Position numbers and translations under genes: made by a program. This document shows, piece by piece, positions 49,322-61,499 of a stretch of 64,000 nt of DNA. A model generated the notes under the pieces. That model was not told where the DNA came from. It made no database searches and worked only from the letters and a program-made list of their open reading frames with translations. Within the stretch, counting starts at the first letter, position 1. Each line of letters begins with the position of its first letter. Location of the stretch: positions 30,070,001 to 30,134,000 of the forward strand of contig OZ076421.1 in the NCBI GenBank assembly GCA_964187785.1. Direction: 5' to 3'. The stretch is from Amphiscolops sp. MND2022. Its lineage: Eukaryota.

Positions 49322-52300
49322 ATTCAGCTGAAAACTGACTGAGAGGACATCGTTTGACGGTCCTCGTATTCCTCTGTTCTAACGTACCGGATAGCGTTTT
49401 TTTCAAAATTGATTTCCCTGATTGTTGGTTTATATTAGGTATTGAACTACTCGATTGTGCAGTTGGACGCGTAGCGTGTGCGATATTTCTCAACATTTGT
49501 CTTTTTTGTTCTCGGGAAAGTTGTGGTGTACCTTCTTTGTTTAAACACTCGGAATACCCTCCATCGGCAAGTGCTCTCCTCGTTGGAATGTCCCGGAAAT
49601 GATCATAGTTATCAACGCGAAAGCGTTGCTGCATTGCCATTTTTGTAGGTAAAGGAATTTTTGATTGACTAGGCGTACTCGTCTGCTTAGGGCTCTCTCG
49701 GCGGACCGTCTCATTTTCGGCGTCTCGGATGTTTCCGCTTCGGTCGGTCGCACTCTCGAGTTGAGAGCTGCTGGTGGGCATCTGGATCGGATCCGTCATT
49801 GTTGTAGGTTCCGGAAAAAAGTCGGGGCCCGGTTCCACCGGGTTTTCTGGTCCAGGTGCGGGTGGTGGTGTGAACCGGGGCACCGGATCTGCCCCTTCAA
49901 AAAGTGCAGGTGCTGTGGCTCCAGCTGGAGCTGCTGCATTTGCTGGTATTGGCGTCACACCACGTATTGTGTGTTCGACCTCCTTCGTTCGATTCTCAAC
50001 ATCCCGATCAGGCGTCACGAGGACAATGTCTTCAGCGAATGACTTTTCAAGTGCTTCGTCAAAAACTTGATACTCCGAGCTAAATTTTTCTAGAGATGGG
50101 TCGGGTTTGGAAACCTGGTGTGTGACCCTAATATCGTCTACTTCAAATTTCGGTGAGATTGGTCGGAGGCGGATTCGGTGCACACATTGCGTATACGGAG
50201 TACCAATTTTTCTAAATAAAGAATTGGAATTTGTCAAAACCTTTTCGTTTTTGTACAAGAAAGCCATATTTTTGCCGATTTCGCTGCAAAATCACTCTGT
50301 GTTATCAGAGAAGGGTTCAATAGTAAACAATGCTGATTTGGCAATAATGGTTTTGCTGCGGTTTTTTATCATAATAAGTTCTGTATTTTTGAAAAGAGGT
50401 CAGTAGACGTGATTTCGTGTGAGAAAACTTTTGTAGCAAAGAATCTTGTAAATCAACTAAATAATCAGACGTAAGTTCTTTATCAGCTAACGCATGACTT
50501 CTAAACCTCAAATCAATTGGTTTCATGGGCTCACGACCATGGAATTTTGAACTTAGTGTGCAACCAATGGATGAAGGGTATGATGATGTGTTGTGTATGA
50601 ATGTTGCGAGATCAGTGTAATTATACCACGTTGTCCATTTCTTATCAGTGTTTAGCTTCAAAATTCGTTTCAGTACAAAATGAGATCGTTCAACAGCGCC
50701 TAATAATTGGGGTGTTTCAGAGAAGCGTGCTTCAGTTTGATTTCTAGCATGTCCGTCAATTCATGCAATAACTTTGCCACAAAACTTGTTCCTCAGTCAA
50801 ATAAAATAGTTGTAGGGAAGTAGCTATGCTGGAAAAATATTGAAACCAGTGCTTTAGCCACTGTCCCTGCATGAGCAGACGTTAGTGGTACTCCAGATAG
50901 ATATTTGGAAAACACATCGATGCCAGAAAGAACATATTTATAAATTGGTGACCGAAATGGTCCAACTAAATCGTTTTGCATCAAATCACCCGGAAAAAAA
51001 TGCTCCGATGAAATCGGTTGCAAAGGCGGGTGTAATTCACGTTTAGAAACTCTTTTCATTGTTGAACACGAAAGACTATTTTTTATATTCCTTCAGGAAT
51101 TCTGTGAAGCCTGGAAAGTAAAACCGTTTACGAAACTTTTTTGCTGTTCGAAAAATACATAGGTGTCCACCTGTTGGTCAATTGTGTATGCGATAAATAA
51201 CTTATTTTCGTGGTGTTTTGGAACACAGACTTGATGATGTAAGACTTTCCAAACATCATCAAAAAATTGACAAATCAATATTTCGTTTTTAAATCTTTAA
51301 CTTGTAGTCGTGCTATGTGTTTGTGATAGTTCTTCATCTCAAAAGATTCATAAGTCAAATCATCATGGCATCCTCGGTCAATCAACTTGATCACTTTCCG
51401 TAATACAGGGTCTCTCTTCTGTTCTGTTTGAATATCTACGGCTTCGGCCTTAGAGTTTGTTAGGTGGAAGTAACTCAGCGGATCTTTTTCCTGGATTGAA
51501 TTTAATTCCGCTGCTTTTTTCACAGCGTATAATTCTGATAAAAATTGATCACAAACAGATGATAGTAGCTCTTTCAGATTAGGGATCAGTTTTTGTAAGG
51601 CATCATTCAATTGAATGTTTTCCATCAATTTTTTTGGGATGAGAAGTTTTGGTTCATCCGATTCGTTCAAATTGCTCGGTTCTATCCTTAGCACCGATGC
51701 ATCTGCAGTCTTTGCTTTCATGTCTATTTCTATTTATTTCATGGGAATGGAATCAACTAATTGAAGTTCGAGGCTCTCACTAGGATCAGTTTGCATTCTT
51801 GATAAAAAATCCGCCGCTGCATTCGCTTTACCCGGTATATGTGCCAGCACGATGTTATATGCAATTACTCTATCCATGAAATTCCAAAATGATGGATGGA
51901 GAGATTTCGATTGGAAAAAAACTCGCTAAGTTCTCGTTATCCGTCAAAACAATGACTGATTTCTCTGCGCCAAATGAATTGTGAAAAATTATCAAGAGCA
52001 AAATAAAGTGCCAGAAATTCTTTACAATACGTAGACATCTTCAGCTGACTTGTATTGACAAGCTGCGAACCAAAGGAAACTGGGGCATAGGCCTGTTTTT
52101 AGTTCCATCTTGTTGTTCTAAGTAATCTTCTATCATTAATACATATCCGCTGCTGTAGTAACTGGCGTCACAAAGAATTACATACTGTTGGCCTGGCTTC
52201 GCTAAACAGAATGCTCTTTTAGTTGCTTGCAAATGGTCTTGCTTCATTGTTTCAAAACTTTTCAAATGGTCATCTTGAAGTGCAAATTCAACGTCCCTAC

Positions 52301-54200
52301 GGAGTAATTTGTACCAACGCATCAAATATTTTGCTAAAATTGGAGGAAAGGAACAAAAGAAAAGGGCAAATCCTACTAATCGTTCCACCTGTCTGACTGT
52401 GGCTGGTAACTTTATAGCTTTAAGAAGTTTTTCAATCTTCTCTGTTTCAGGTTTCAGTCCTTTAGGTGTTATCGTATTTCCAAGGATGTTTATTGAGCTC
52501 ATGCCGAATTCACAATTATGGGCTCTCAATCGTAATCCTGATTTTCTTAAACTGTCAGATATTTGTCTAAGTGTTGGTATCATTTGTTCAAAGTTCTCTA
52601 CTCCACATCCGATATCGTCCAAGAATTGTGTACATAAATTGGCTGCAAGACATGAGTCTAGATAAAATCTAACAAATGAACTGAAGCCTATCACAGATTT
52701 GCTTAATCCTTGTGCTAATCCTTGCTAGGCGTACGTTCTAGAGGCAAAATTAAATAAATGACAGACGTTGAACTGATACCGGATCTGCCATTTGCACACA
52801 ATGATACGTTTGAGAACAATCAAGCTTTGTAAACAAGGTTTTACCCGCAAAGTGATGCACGGCATCTGTCATGTTGGATATCGGAAAGTTTTTTATTGCT
52901 GTAATCGTTTCTGAGTAGGTGGTTCACGCGTCTCAAATCGATCAAAATTCTCTATTTACCTGATGGTTTCCTTTGAGCAAATACTGGACTTCTATATTTA
53001 GAATTTAGCAGATGTGTTACTATTCCATAATACTGCATTAGAGCTAACTCAACAAAAATTTCTTCTCTAAGGTGAATCGGTGTTGGTGGTGTACTTTGTA
53101 CATAGACTGGTAGATCATGCGCTGGCGTCAGTTTCACTTTCAATTCCGTGTTATATCCGACATCCAAACGCTGTTTCGCGAATATATCATAGTATTCAAC
53201 CAGTAGATCTTGCATTTGCGAAATTTGTCATTTTGTTAAAGACGACTTGGACCAGTTAAATTGATTGCAAAACGCGTTTCTTTATCGTTCGCATTTGTTG
53301 CGGTATCTAGCGAATCACGATGTTGTAGTTCCGCTATGTTATCAAAAATTCTCCGCTGCAATGGAGGTAAATCTTCCGGATTGGCACATGTTCCTTGCGT
53401 GGGAAACCATATGTTTTCGTAATCAGGCGGCGAAGGAGTGGGTTGTTTTCCTCTTCTGTTTCTTCCTACACGCAAGATTTGATTTATTTCCTTCAAAATT
53501 TCAGTATTTTTCATTTTGTTAAGTGCTATATAGTCCGGGCCAATTTCAATTATTTTCTCCTCTTCTTACGGAGAAAGGAACTGAAAACTGCTTTTTCTTT
53601 TTTGGTATAGTTATAGAATGATCAGTCAAACTGATAGCTAAAATTGTCACCATATTGCCTTTGCCGACTGTAACAACTGCAGAGGACAGTTTCAGTTCAG
53701 TACTGTTTTTGTAATTATCTCAAGGAATTTTGATTTTGTTTAACTGTTACGTCATATCAGGTAGTTTTAAAAGGTTGTCGGCCGGGCTGATTTCTATGTT
53801 ATACTTTTTGAAGAAAGGGTTGCCGAGAACAGCGCTTTTCATCGAAGGAAGTACCAGGAAGGTGTCCTGAAATTCATGATGATTGACATGAAATTTACTT
53901 CAATCTGCGCTAAGACTTTCACTGTGCTGCGGGAAGCAACTTTTACATTGAAAAAAGACGCTAGCTGCAATTCTGAGAGCGAATCAGGGGATTCATTTTT
54001 CAGTTTTTCATAGAACTCAGATGGCATGGCGTTTGCGCATGCTCCAGTGTCTATTAGTGCTCTTCTACGTAGGTTTCCGAATTTCATTGGTATATACATA
54101 AGGTTTTCGCCTTCAAATGGAATAATCGCACTGATTTCAGGAATGTTTTCAACGGTATCAAAGTATTTTAGTTCCTCAACGGACACTTTTGCAAAATCAG
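49305..54200 (-). pseudogene. pol: pol of the second gypsy element, fragmented
   Basis: LIDTGACANA protease, FLDDIG RT, LCDASY RNase H, DLVGPF...IDVFSKY integrase, VHRIRLRP C-terminal region. Confidence 0.93.
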
Positions 54201-54239
54201 AATTTTTAACTGCTTTCGTATTATCTTGATTATAATTAG

Positions 54240-55616
54240 TTTTATGGTCTGGACTGTTTGACGTGCGTGGCTTTATTGGTTTTTTGATCGCGAGTTGAAC
54301 GGAATTTGTCCACCTCTAGAATTACTTTTTCCTCGCGCTTCACAATTTCTTGCAGTATGATTCTGGTAGCCGCAATTGTAGCAAACTTTTTGTGAGAACT
54401 CAGTAGTTTCAATATGACCGTCCGAGGTTCCTGTAGTAATTGTAGTTTCATTATTAGCGTTCCACCTTCGTCCTGGAAACAATCATTTTTTCCATTGATA
54501 TAGTAATTTGAGAAGTTTCCCTCTGAATTTGTTTCCACTACGATAGTTACCTCTATTAAAGTTATTCCCGTACCTCCCTCTGTTTTGATTGTTTGATGCG
54601 TTATTTTGATTTTCCGAATATCCTTGGTTACCGCGATTACAACTATTTCCTCGATTCTGGTATGATCTACCTCTGAAGTTTCCTCTCCAATTTTGGCGAT
54701 TATTGTTATAGTTAATATTCCTTGAACTCTGTTCTGGTGAGTTCAGGTTTTGTGTCAGTGCGTCAATTCTATTTTCGAGGGTTGTTTTTTTCTCTGCCAT
54801 TTTTGTCAGGACTGATAAAACTTTTCAGAATTTTCGGAACCCATTTCGTTGAATCCGACTCAACAAAGTTCTCTTAATATCAGTTTTTGTCGCCCTTTCG
54901 TGCACAATTCCTGTATTGTCATATTTTCCGGTTCCTCAAGAAGCTTTACCCTAATAAAATTTGGCATTGCCTTTTTGAAAAGACGAATTAAGTGTCTTTC
55001 GGGTTCCAATCGTGAAAAATTACGTCTATTTTCATTTTCCCTTGTTTCTCTATCAAAGCGGTCCTAGTCATTTGCTACAGCTCCGTCAACCGGTGCCACT
55101 GGTATATCAACCGGTGTTGGATATGCTTTTGATGCCAAGTTTAGTAGTTTCACGAGGAACACTTCTGGTGATTCTGTTTCGTGATTGAATTTCATATTTT
55201 GCAAATTGATATGATGTATTGGTTTCAAGTTTGAGTTGCAAAAAAGATTTTTCAACGCAGTTATTGATTGCTCTAAGTCTGCCCTTGTATTCTTGTCTAA
55301 TGTGTAGAAAAATTGTAACGCAGAGTCCTTCAAGTGTATTTTGAAAAATCCTACTCGTTGTGCCGTCGCAATTCCAGTAACTTCAACAATGCTTCGAAAT
55401 AAAGACTCAAAATTGGTCCAATTAGCCGTAGAACTTCCGCCGTATTTTGGAAGCGTCACCGTTGATTGCGCTGCGGCCGCCATTCATGCAAGTTTTCAAA
55501 AAAGTCAACGTTTCGATCGCCCTAATTAGCTTAGGAGGTTTTTCACTGCTAGTTTTGATTCCGTTGGAAAAATCCGAATATCGTGAGGAGGAGGGGCGTA
55601 ATAGGTACTGCCTCAA
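54240..55616 (-). pseudogene. gag: gag of the second gypsy element, fragmented
   Basis: LPKYGG...HLKDSALQFF capsid-like region, an N/R/G-rich tract and the knuckle CYNCGYQNHTARNC. Confidence 0.88.
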
Positions 55617-55957
55617 ATCAATTTACTGTTTCTGCGCTCAGGTTTATGATAATGGTAACAATCGATGAATTGAATATTTCGATTTTGTAAGCACTTTGAT
55701 TGCCTATATAAATTTACTGCATTCAATAGACCTTAGAATGAGTTCAAATTTGGGACTTACAGGCTACAAGGACTGTTGCTAGCTTGATCCTAGAGAGTGT
55801 ATCTTCGTTCCCAGTGTTGTCGTTTTCTCTTCGCAATTGAGTCAGTCTTGTTTGGGTGAAAATGGTTCTGCTTTTGCAATTCTCAGAGTGTTCCACCGCT
55901 GGCCCCAATCGAGTTCGTCTTCTGGTGATGATCAACAGGTCGCTCGTTGTCGCACAC

Positions 55958-55969
55958 TCACTGTCACCA
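55958..55969 (-). promoter_or_regulatory. Candidate PBS TGGTGACAGTGA
   Basis: Shares its first 9 nt with the PBS of the first element; lies ~350 nt upstream of gag; not preceded by CA. Confidence 0.45.
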
Positions 55970-56384
55970 TCACTTATCCTCCTTCTTTAGCCAGTGCGGG
56001 TATAAAGTATTCGGAAGTTTTTCAGATGAAGATTGTTGAAGATACTCTGAGGATGCAGGGCTCCGCGGTTCGACCCACTACTTGAAAATTATCACCGAAA
56101 CGGGTAAGGGCAGAATACGTTTTATTTCTCTATATTTCTTTTCTAAAAGTTTTCAAATATGTTCTTTCCTTATATACTGTCATATTAATTTGAACTTCAC
56201 TTATCAGTAGTTATTAATAACATATGACACCAGTGAGCGCCTCTCTGGCTTGAAGATAAGATCAAAAGTTTGAAGTTCATCAAAAGAATGTGGGGTCATC
56301 AAATGATTGATTGGCAATTGAGAGATTCGAGTATATACACTTGGACGTTCTTATTTTAACTTTGCTTTTAGCATTCTGATCGGT

Positions 56385-56525
56385 AAATGGTCATTTGGCT
56401 TAATGCCATGTGGCTTAAAGTCATTTGGCTTAATACAATTGGTCACTTAGCTTAATTTGTTTAAGCTAAGTGTCTCGGGTATCGGTCACTTGGCTTAAAG
56501 TCATTTGACTTAAAACCACTTAGTC
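56385..56525. repeat. Short degenerate repeats of GTCA(T/C)TTGGCTTAA
   Basis: About six copies, plus one more near 57626-57639. Confidence 0.6.
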
Positions 56526-56740
56526 GAAAACACGAGGCAGATTTTGTCGAATTTATCTTTATAACGTAGTCAGCGTATTATTAGAACGGTGGGGTATTTT
56601 TGGATCGAATTTTTGTGTGAGCGAAAAGCGAGATCGAAAATGGATCGATAGATTTGAGATCGAAATTTTCCGGTTTTGCTAGGTTTTCGCTCCTGTAAAG
56701 TGTTTAAAAGCGTTTAAAATTATTTAGGTAGTTTTCCCCA

Positions 56741-57568
56741 CCTAATATGGGATCATATACGGTGTATGCACGCTCGCGCTCACCGTCGCAAGGACCAGCT
56801 CCCACTACGATCGCTTCGCGATCTCCGTTCCCGCTAGGTCTTTGCTCCTGTTCGACCTCGCTTAGCAAGATGGGAACATAAGCGGCCCCAATGGGCCGCG
56901 GGGCATCAGAGGAAATGGGGGGCATATCCGACGGCCAAAAACATTGTTATTTGAAAACGCTAGGTATTTGAAAACATGGATTCGATTTCATTTTATTTGA
57001 CCATTTTACTTCGATCTCAGTGACAGATTGCATATTCGCGCAAATTCATTCGATCCAAACGCTCACCGCCTATTAGAACATGTCATATCAAGTACCCCTC
57101 GGATATGTCCCCATTTCCTCTAGTGCCCTTCCTCTATATATATTCTAATATCCCCAATTTGCGGGAGGGTGTTCATCGTATATAAATAGTACGAAGAGAG
57201 CTTTGAGAGTTGAATAAAGTTAAGTTAGGATTTAATGATGAGAGTTATACGATTCCTTTTAATTTCGTTGAATGTGAGATGTAGTTGACAATGGTATTGC
57301 AATCATCAGGGTCAAGGAGATTCAGTGAGTCAATGTCTTCAGGTCTGATGTCTTGGTATAGTCCACATGCCAGAAAGAAATGTTCTGTAGTCTCTTCACT
57401 TTTGCCACAATGAATTGGGGCCGCTTTATTCCCATCTTGCTAAGCGAGGTCGAACAGGAGCAAAGATCTAGCGGGAACGAAGATCGCGAAGCGATCGTAG
57501 TGGGAGCTGGTCTTTGCGACGGTGAGGGCGAGCGTGCATACACTGCATATGCCCCACATTATGATTTT
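56741..57568. repeat. Long inverted repeat, ~150-bp arms (56741-56892 and 57414-57568)
   Basis: The arms are reverse complements of roughly 90% identity; the same pseudo-peptide appears in the minus ORF 56704-56925 and the plus ORF 57380-57580. Confidence 0.92.
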
Positions 57569-57752
57569 TCCGGCAGTTGACATATTTATTCCTTGAGTTG
57601 GAATGGAGTTGACTTAATTTTGTGGTCACTTGGCTTAAAATTTTCTCCTTAAATGATCAACATAGCACCAGATTATAGACGTCAATCTATGTTTCAAATC
57701 TATATACTTTGAAATATTAAAGACGTTTTTTTCAGATGTATGCTTTTGACGA

Positions 57753-60709
57753 ATGATCAAGCGTCTTGGGGCAGACGATGTTCTGAACTTGTGTTCGGGA
57801 CAAGTTGTCGTGACTATCTGTGGAATTCTGAAAGAACTGATTGAAAATAGTATTGATGCCTCAGGTGATTTTTAATTTACGTCCACTGTTATCAAGTGAT
57901 CTTTATGTTGATATTGTAAGAACATTGTTTTAGCGTCTGCCATTGATGTTACTGTGAAAGATTGTGGACTGTCGTGCATACAGGTGTTGGACAATGGTAC
58001 TGGTATCTTAGAAAAGAACTTTGAGATGCTTACAGCGAGCCATGCTACGTCGAAGATTTCTCAGTTTGCCGGTGAGTTGATGATTCCTATTGAGATTTGT
58101 GCACCAGTTGAATTTGAAAGCGAGATGACTCGGAAACATGAAAGATGAAATGTTCTTTGATTCTCCTTTTTTGAAAAAAATCGATACATTGGTCAACTGA
58201 TAGTTAACTTTTTATCTAATAGCGTCAATTTAAAGCCGATCTTTTTAGCTTGATGAATCGGTTTTTCCCATTATTCACATGATGTTATCCACAATTATTC
58301 AGTTGGAGTTTTCTTGGTATTACCTGAAACGTTTTCATTGATTAATTGGTTGACAGCCTTTATTCAGAAATTATTTGAAGATGGCTAAAAACCTCACAGG
58401 TAATAATGGAAAATGATCACCATGGCTTTTAGATCAGTTCGAGGTTGAATACTGTTTTATAGGACTATGGTGTTGTGAAATTCTATGGAAATTGTCTTGT
58501 TTCAGACATTGAGTCGATTGAGACTTACGGATTCAGAGGTGAAGCTCTAAGTTCTCTTTGCAACTTGAGTGAACTATCAATGACAACAAGGCACGAAACT
58601 TCTGAATTTGGACATAAGCTGGACTTCAATTCCGACGGCAGCATCTCCAGTCGAGTTAAAATTTCAAGAAATGTTGGCACCACCGTCACTGTCCAAAACG
58701 TCTTCTATAATTACCCTGTTAGGTGCAAAGATTTGAAGAAGAACGTCAAGAAAGAATATGCCAAGCTTGTGTCCACTCTGCAAGCCTTTGCAATATGTTT
58801 CCCAGCCGTGAAGTTCTCTTGTACCAATGAAATTGACCAGAAAGCCAAGCAAATGGTCCTGTCTACCTCAGGGGGTGCACAAACATCGTTAAAGTCGGCC
58901 ATCATTACTGTTTTTGGTTCCAAACAATGGGAATGTCTTATACCATGGCAAACTCACGTGATACCAGATGACCAATTATGTGATTACGCAATTGATGATC
59001 GACTTTCAGCCAATCAGCTCTTCTCAAATGTAGCTTTCAGTGGTTACGTCTCTAGCATAGCCCATGGTAGTGGTCGTAGTACTGGAGATCGACAGTTGCT
59101 GTTTTTGAACAAACGACCTTGTGAGTTACCGAAGTTCACGAAAGCAATAAATGAAGTTTACAAACAGTTCAATTCAACTCAATATCCTTTCATCTGCCTT
59201 TTTGTCACCATCTCGTCCGGGTATTTCGACGTTAACGTAACTCCAGACAAGCGCAATATTTTTCTGAAGAGTGAGAAAATCTTAATAGCGCTTTTACGAC
59301 ACTCTGCTCTTCAAATGTTCAGAATAAATGCTGGCAATTTAACCGACCAAGGAGATGTTGGAATTATGAAAAGTATCAGGAACGACTTCTCTACTCAGCC
59401 TTCGATGAAAGTGAACGAGACAATGTTGAACTTCTTTAGCCCTTCACAAGATACGAGACGTCCGTTTTCACAACCTTTGCCAGCAGCAAAAACGGGATCA
59501 GGTAGTCGAAAAGACGCGATAATGGCAGAACTATCTGTGTTCAGTTTCAACTCCAAGGAAAATAGTAATCCTAATGGCATTTCACAGAAGTCTTTCTCAT
59601 CGCCGGGAAGATCTCCGTCTGTTGTATCTGCTAAGCGCTCTAAACAGTCCATTACAGGTCCATTGCCTTCTCAAACCTTCACAATGTCGTTTGATGATAA
59701 TTTTGCGTCATTTCTGCCACCTTCGAAAACTCCTAGAAATGAACAGTATCTGAATCAGTTGCAAGACTTCTTGGATGAACAGGAATTCGTAGAAGAAATA
59801 ATTGACAGTCAGGAGGATTTCAAACAAACGACGCAATTCGAAGATGCGGAGAATGTTAGTTTTTCCACACCCGGATTCTATGATGAATCCGAAAAGGTTC
59901 CTTTTCATTTGCTGAAGAAAGAAGTATCTGTCAGTGATAATATGTTCGAATTATTCTACGCATCCGAAGTTTCTGGGAGCAGCTTGAATAACAGCGATGT
60001 ATTGGAAGGGCGAAATTTTGTAGCAAAAATGGAAGATAAAAACGCAGAGAACGAGTTGAGAAGAGCATTGAGCAAGTCATCGTTTCAACAAATGACTGTG
60101 ATTGGTCAGTTTAATTTGGGTTTCATAATCGCCAGACTGAATTCAGACTTGTTTATCATTGACCAGCACGCGTCAGACGAAAAGTGTAACTTCGAGAAAC
60201 TGGAGAATGAATACGAAATACCAGTTCAACCATTGATATCTCCCATCACTATGGAGGTTACTCATCAGTATCATCTTCTGCTGCACGAACACAAAGATCT
60301 CTTCCGAAAAAACGGCTTCCTTTTTGAAGATAAAAGAGACCCAGATGGCGTGCCTGGAAATCAAGGTTCTGTAAGATTTGTAAACATCACTGCAACACCG
60401 ATGAGCAGAAATTGGTCCTTTGGGGTGCCAGATGTGGAAGAAATGTTGTTTTTGCTTCAAGATTTTGACACTAGCAATAGAAAAGCAATACGGCCTTCCA
60501 GGGTAAGGCAAATGTTTGCTTCTAGAGCCTGTCGCAAATCAATCATGATTGGCCAAGGCTTGAAGTTGCACGAGATGTTGAACATCTTGAAAAATATGTC
60601 GCAGTTAGAGCAACCCTGGAATTGTCCTCACGGTCGACCAACGCTGAGACATTTGATGGATTTGAATTTGTATAACATTGAACCTACTTGGAATTTTGAC
60701 AACCTGTAG
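57753..60709 (+). CDS. PMS2: Mismatch repair endonuclease PMS2 (MutL family); exons 57753-57864, 57934-58071, 58506-60709; 817 aa
   Basis: CSGQVV...KELIENSIDA, DNGTG, HATSKI, GFRGEALSSL, DQHASDEKCNFE, ACRKS and CPHGRP; two phase-1 GT-AG introns give an uninterrupted frame. Confidence 0.96.
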
Positions 60710-60753
60710 TTACTTTGTTTATTTTGAATTTTGTTTTTTCTTTAATTTGCCTT

Positions 60754-60759
60754 AATAAA
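60754..60759 (+). terminator. Polyadenylation signal AATAAA for PMS2
   Basis: 45 nt after the stop codon, followed by GT-rich sequence. Confidence 0.6.
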
Positions 60760-60996
60760 ATTTGTGGGTCATTGACTATTTATCAAATGTATACTTTTGA
60801 CTGAACAAGTATCTAATCGCATGGTGAACAAAGGAGTTATCGGCAAAGTCACCTTGATTATAAGAGCCTGGCTGTGTAACTCTTGATTACTCATGTAGTA
60901 TGAAACATACTTATAATATGTACATGCATAGTCATAAACCTACACTTATGATTTTTCCGTCATTTGTAAGTTCTAAATTTTTCAACCCAATTTTTT

Positions 60997-61434
60997 AGTC
61001 GGTGCTTTTCTTGAAAAGAGCCGACTACAGGCATGGCTTTTCGTCAGTGTTTTAATTTTTTTCGATACACCAGAAGTGACCAAAATAGTTCTACTAAAAG
61101 TTCTACAAAATTTTAAATTTCACCTGTTGGCCCAGGGAACTGAACCTAAAAGGTTTTTACTTTTTTCCGCGTACCATACATTACCGGCGAGACTGAAGGG
61201 TCCTCTTTTCAGTTTTTTCGGCATTGTGCGACTTTTCGGAAAAATTTTTTCCACCAAAGGGTCCCCCTTCATTTTTTTGTAGTTTTGCGAGAGAATGGAT
61301 GTTGGAAAATCCCGAAGGGTCCCCCTTTCAGTTTTCTAGGCATTGTGAGACTTTTTTCCAAAAAAATTCAGGTGCTGTAGAAGAGAATACTTTGACATTT
61401 GGAAGTCCTTTTGCTATTTTTGAGCCTCAGGTAT
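60997..61434. repeat. Dispersed ~500-bp element, copy 2
   Basis: Colinear with 1713-2200; 5' hairpin AGTCGG...TTTTC-TT-GAAAA...CCGACT. Confidence 0.75.
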
Positions 61435-61499
61435 GTGTTCGTTGTTGTTGCTCATTTTGTTGAATTTAATTGTAGTTTCTCATCTAATCATGAATGTGT

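Larger units (their letters stand above)
42300..55970 (-). mobile_element. Decayed env-bearing Ty3/gypsy retrotransposon with accessory genes; LTRs not identified
   Basis: gag, PR, RT, RH, IN, macrodomain and env in colinear order on the minus strand; many frameshifts and stops. Confidence 0.88.

Noticed and set aside
56704-57580. Duplicated peptide PILLSEVEQEQR in ORFs on opposite strands
   Set aside because: A by-product of the inverted repeat; the flanks are unrelated and no domain is recognisable.
58664-60511. Minus-strand ORFs within PMS2, and similar short ORFs opposite gag/pol
   Set aside because: Shadow ORFs of real coding sequence.
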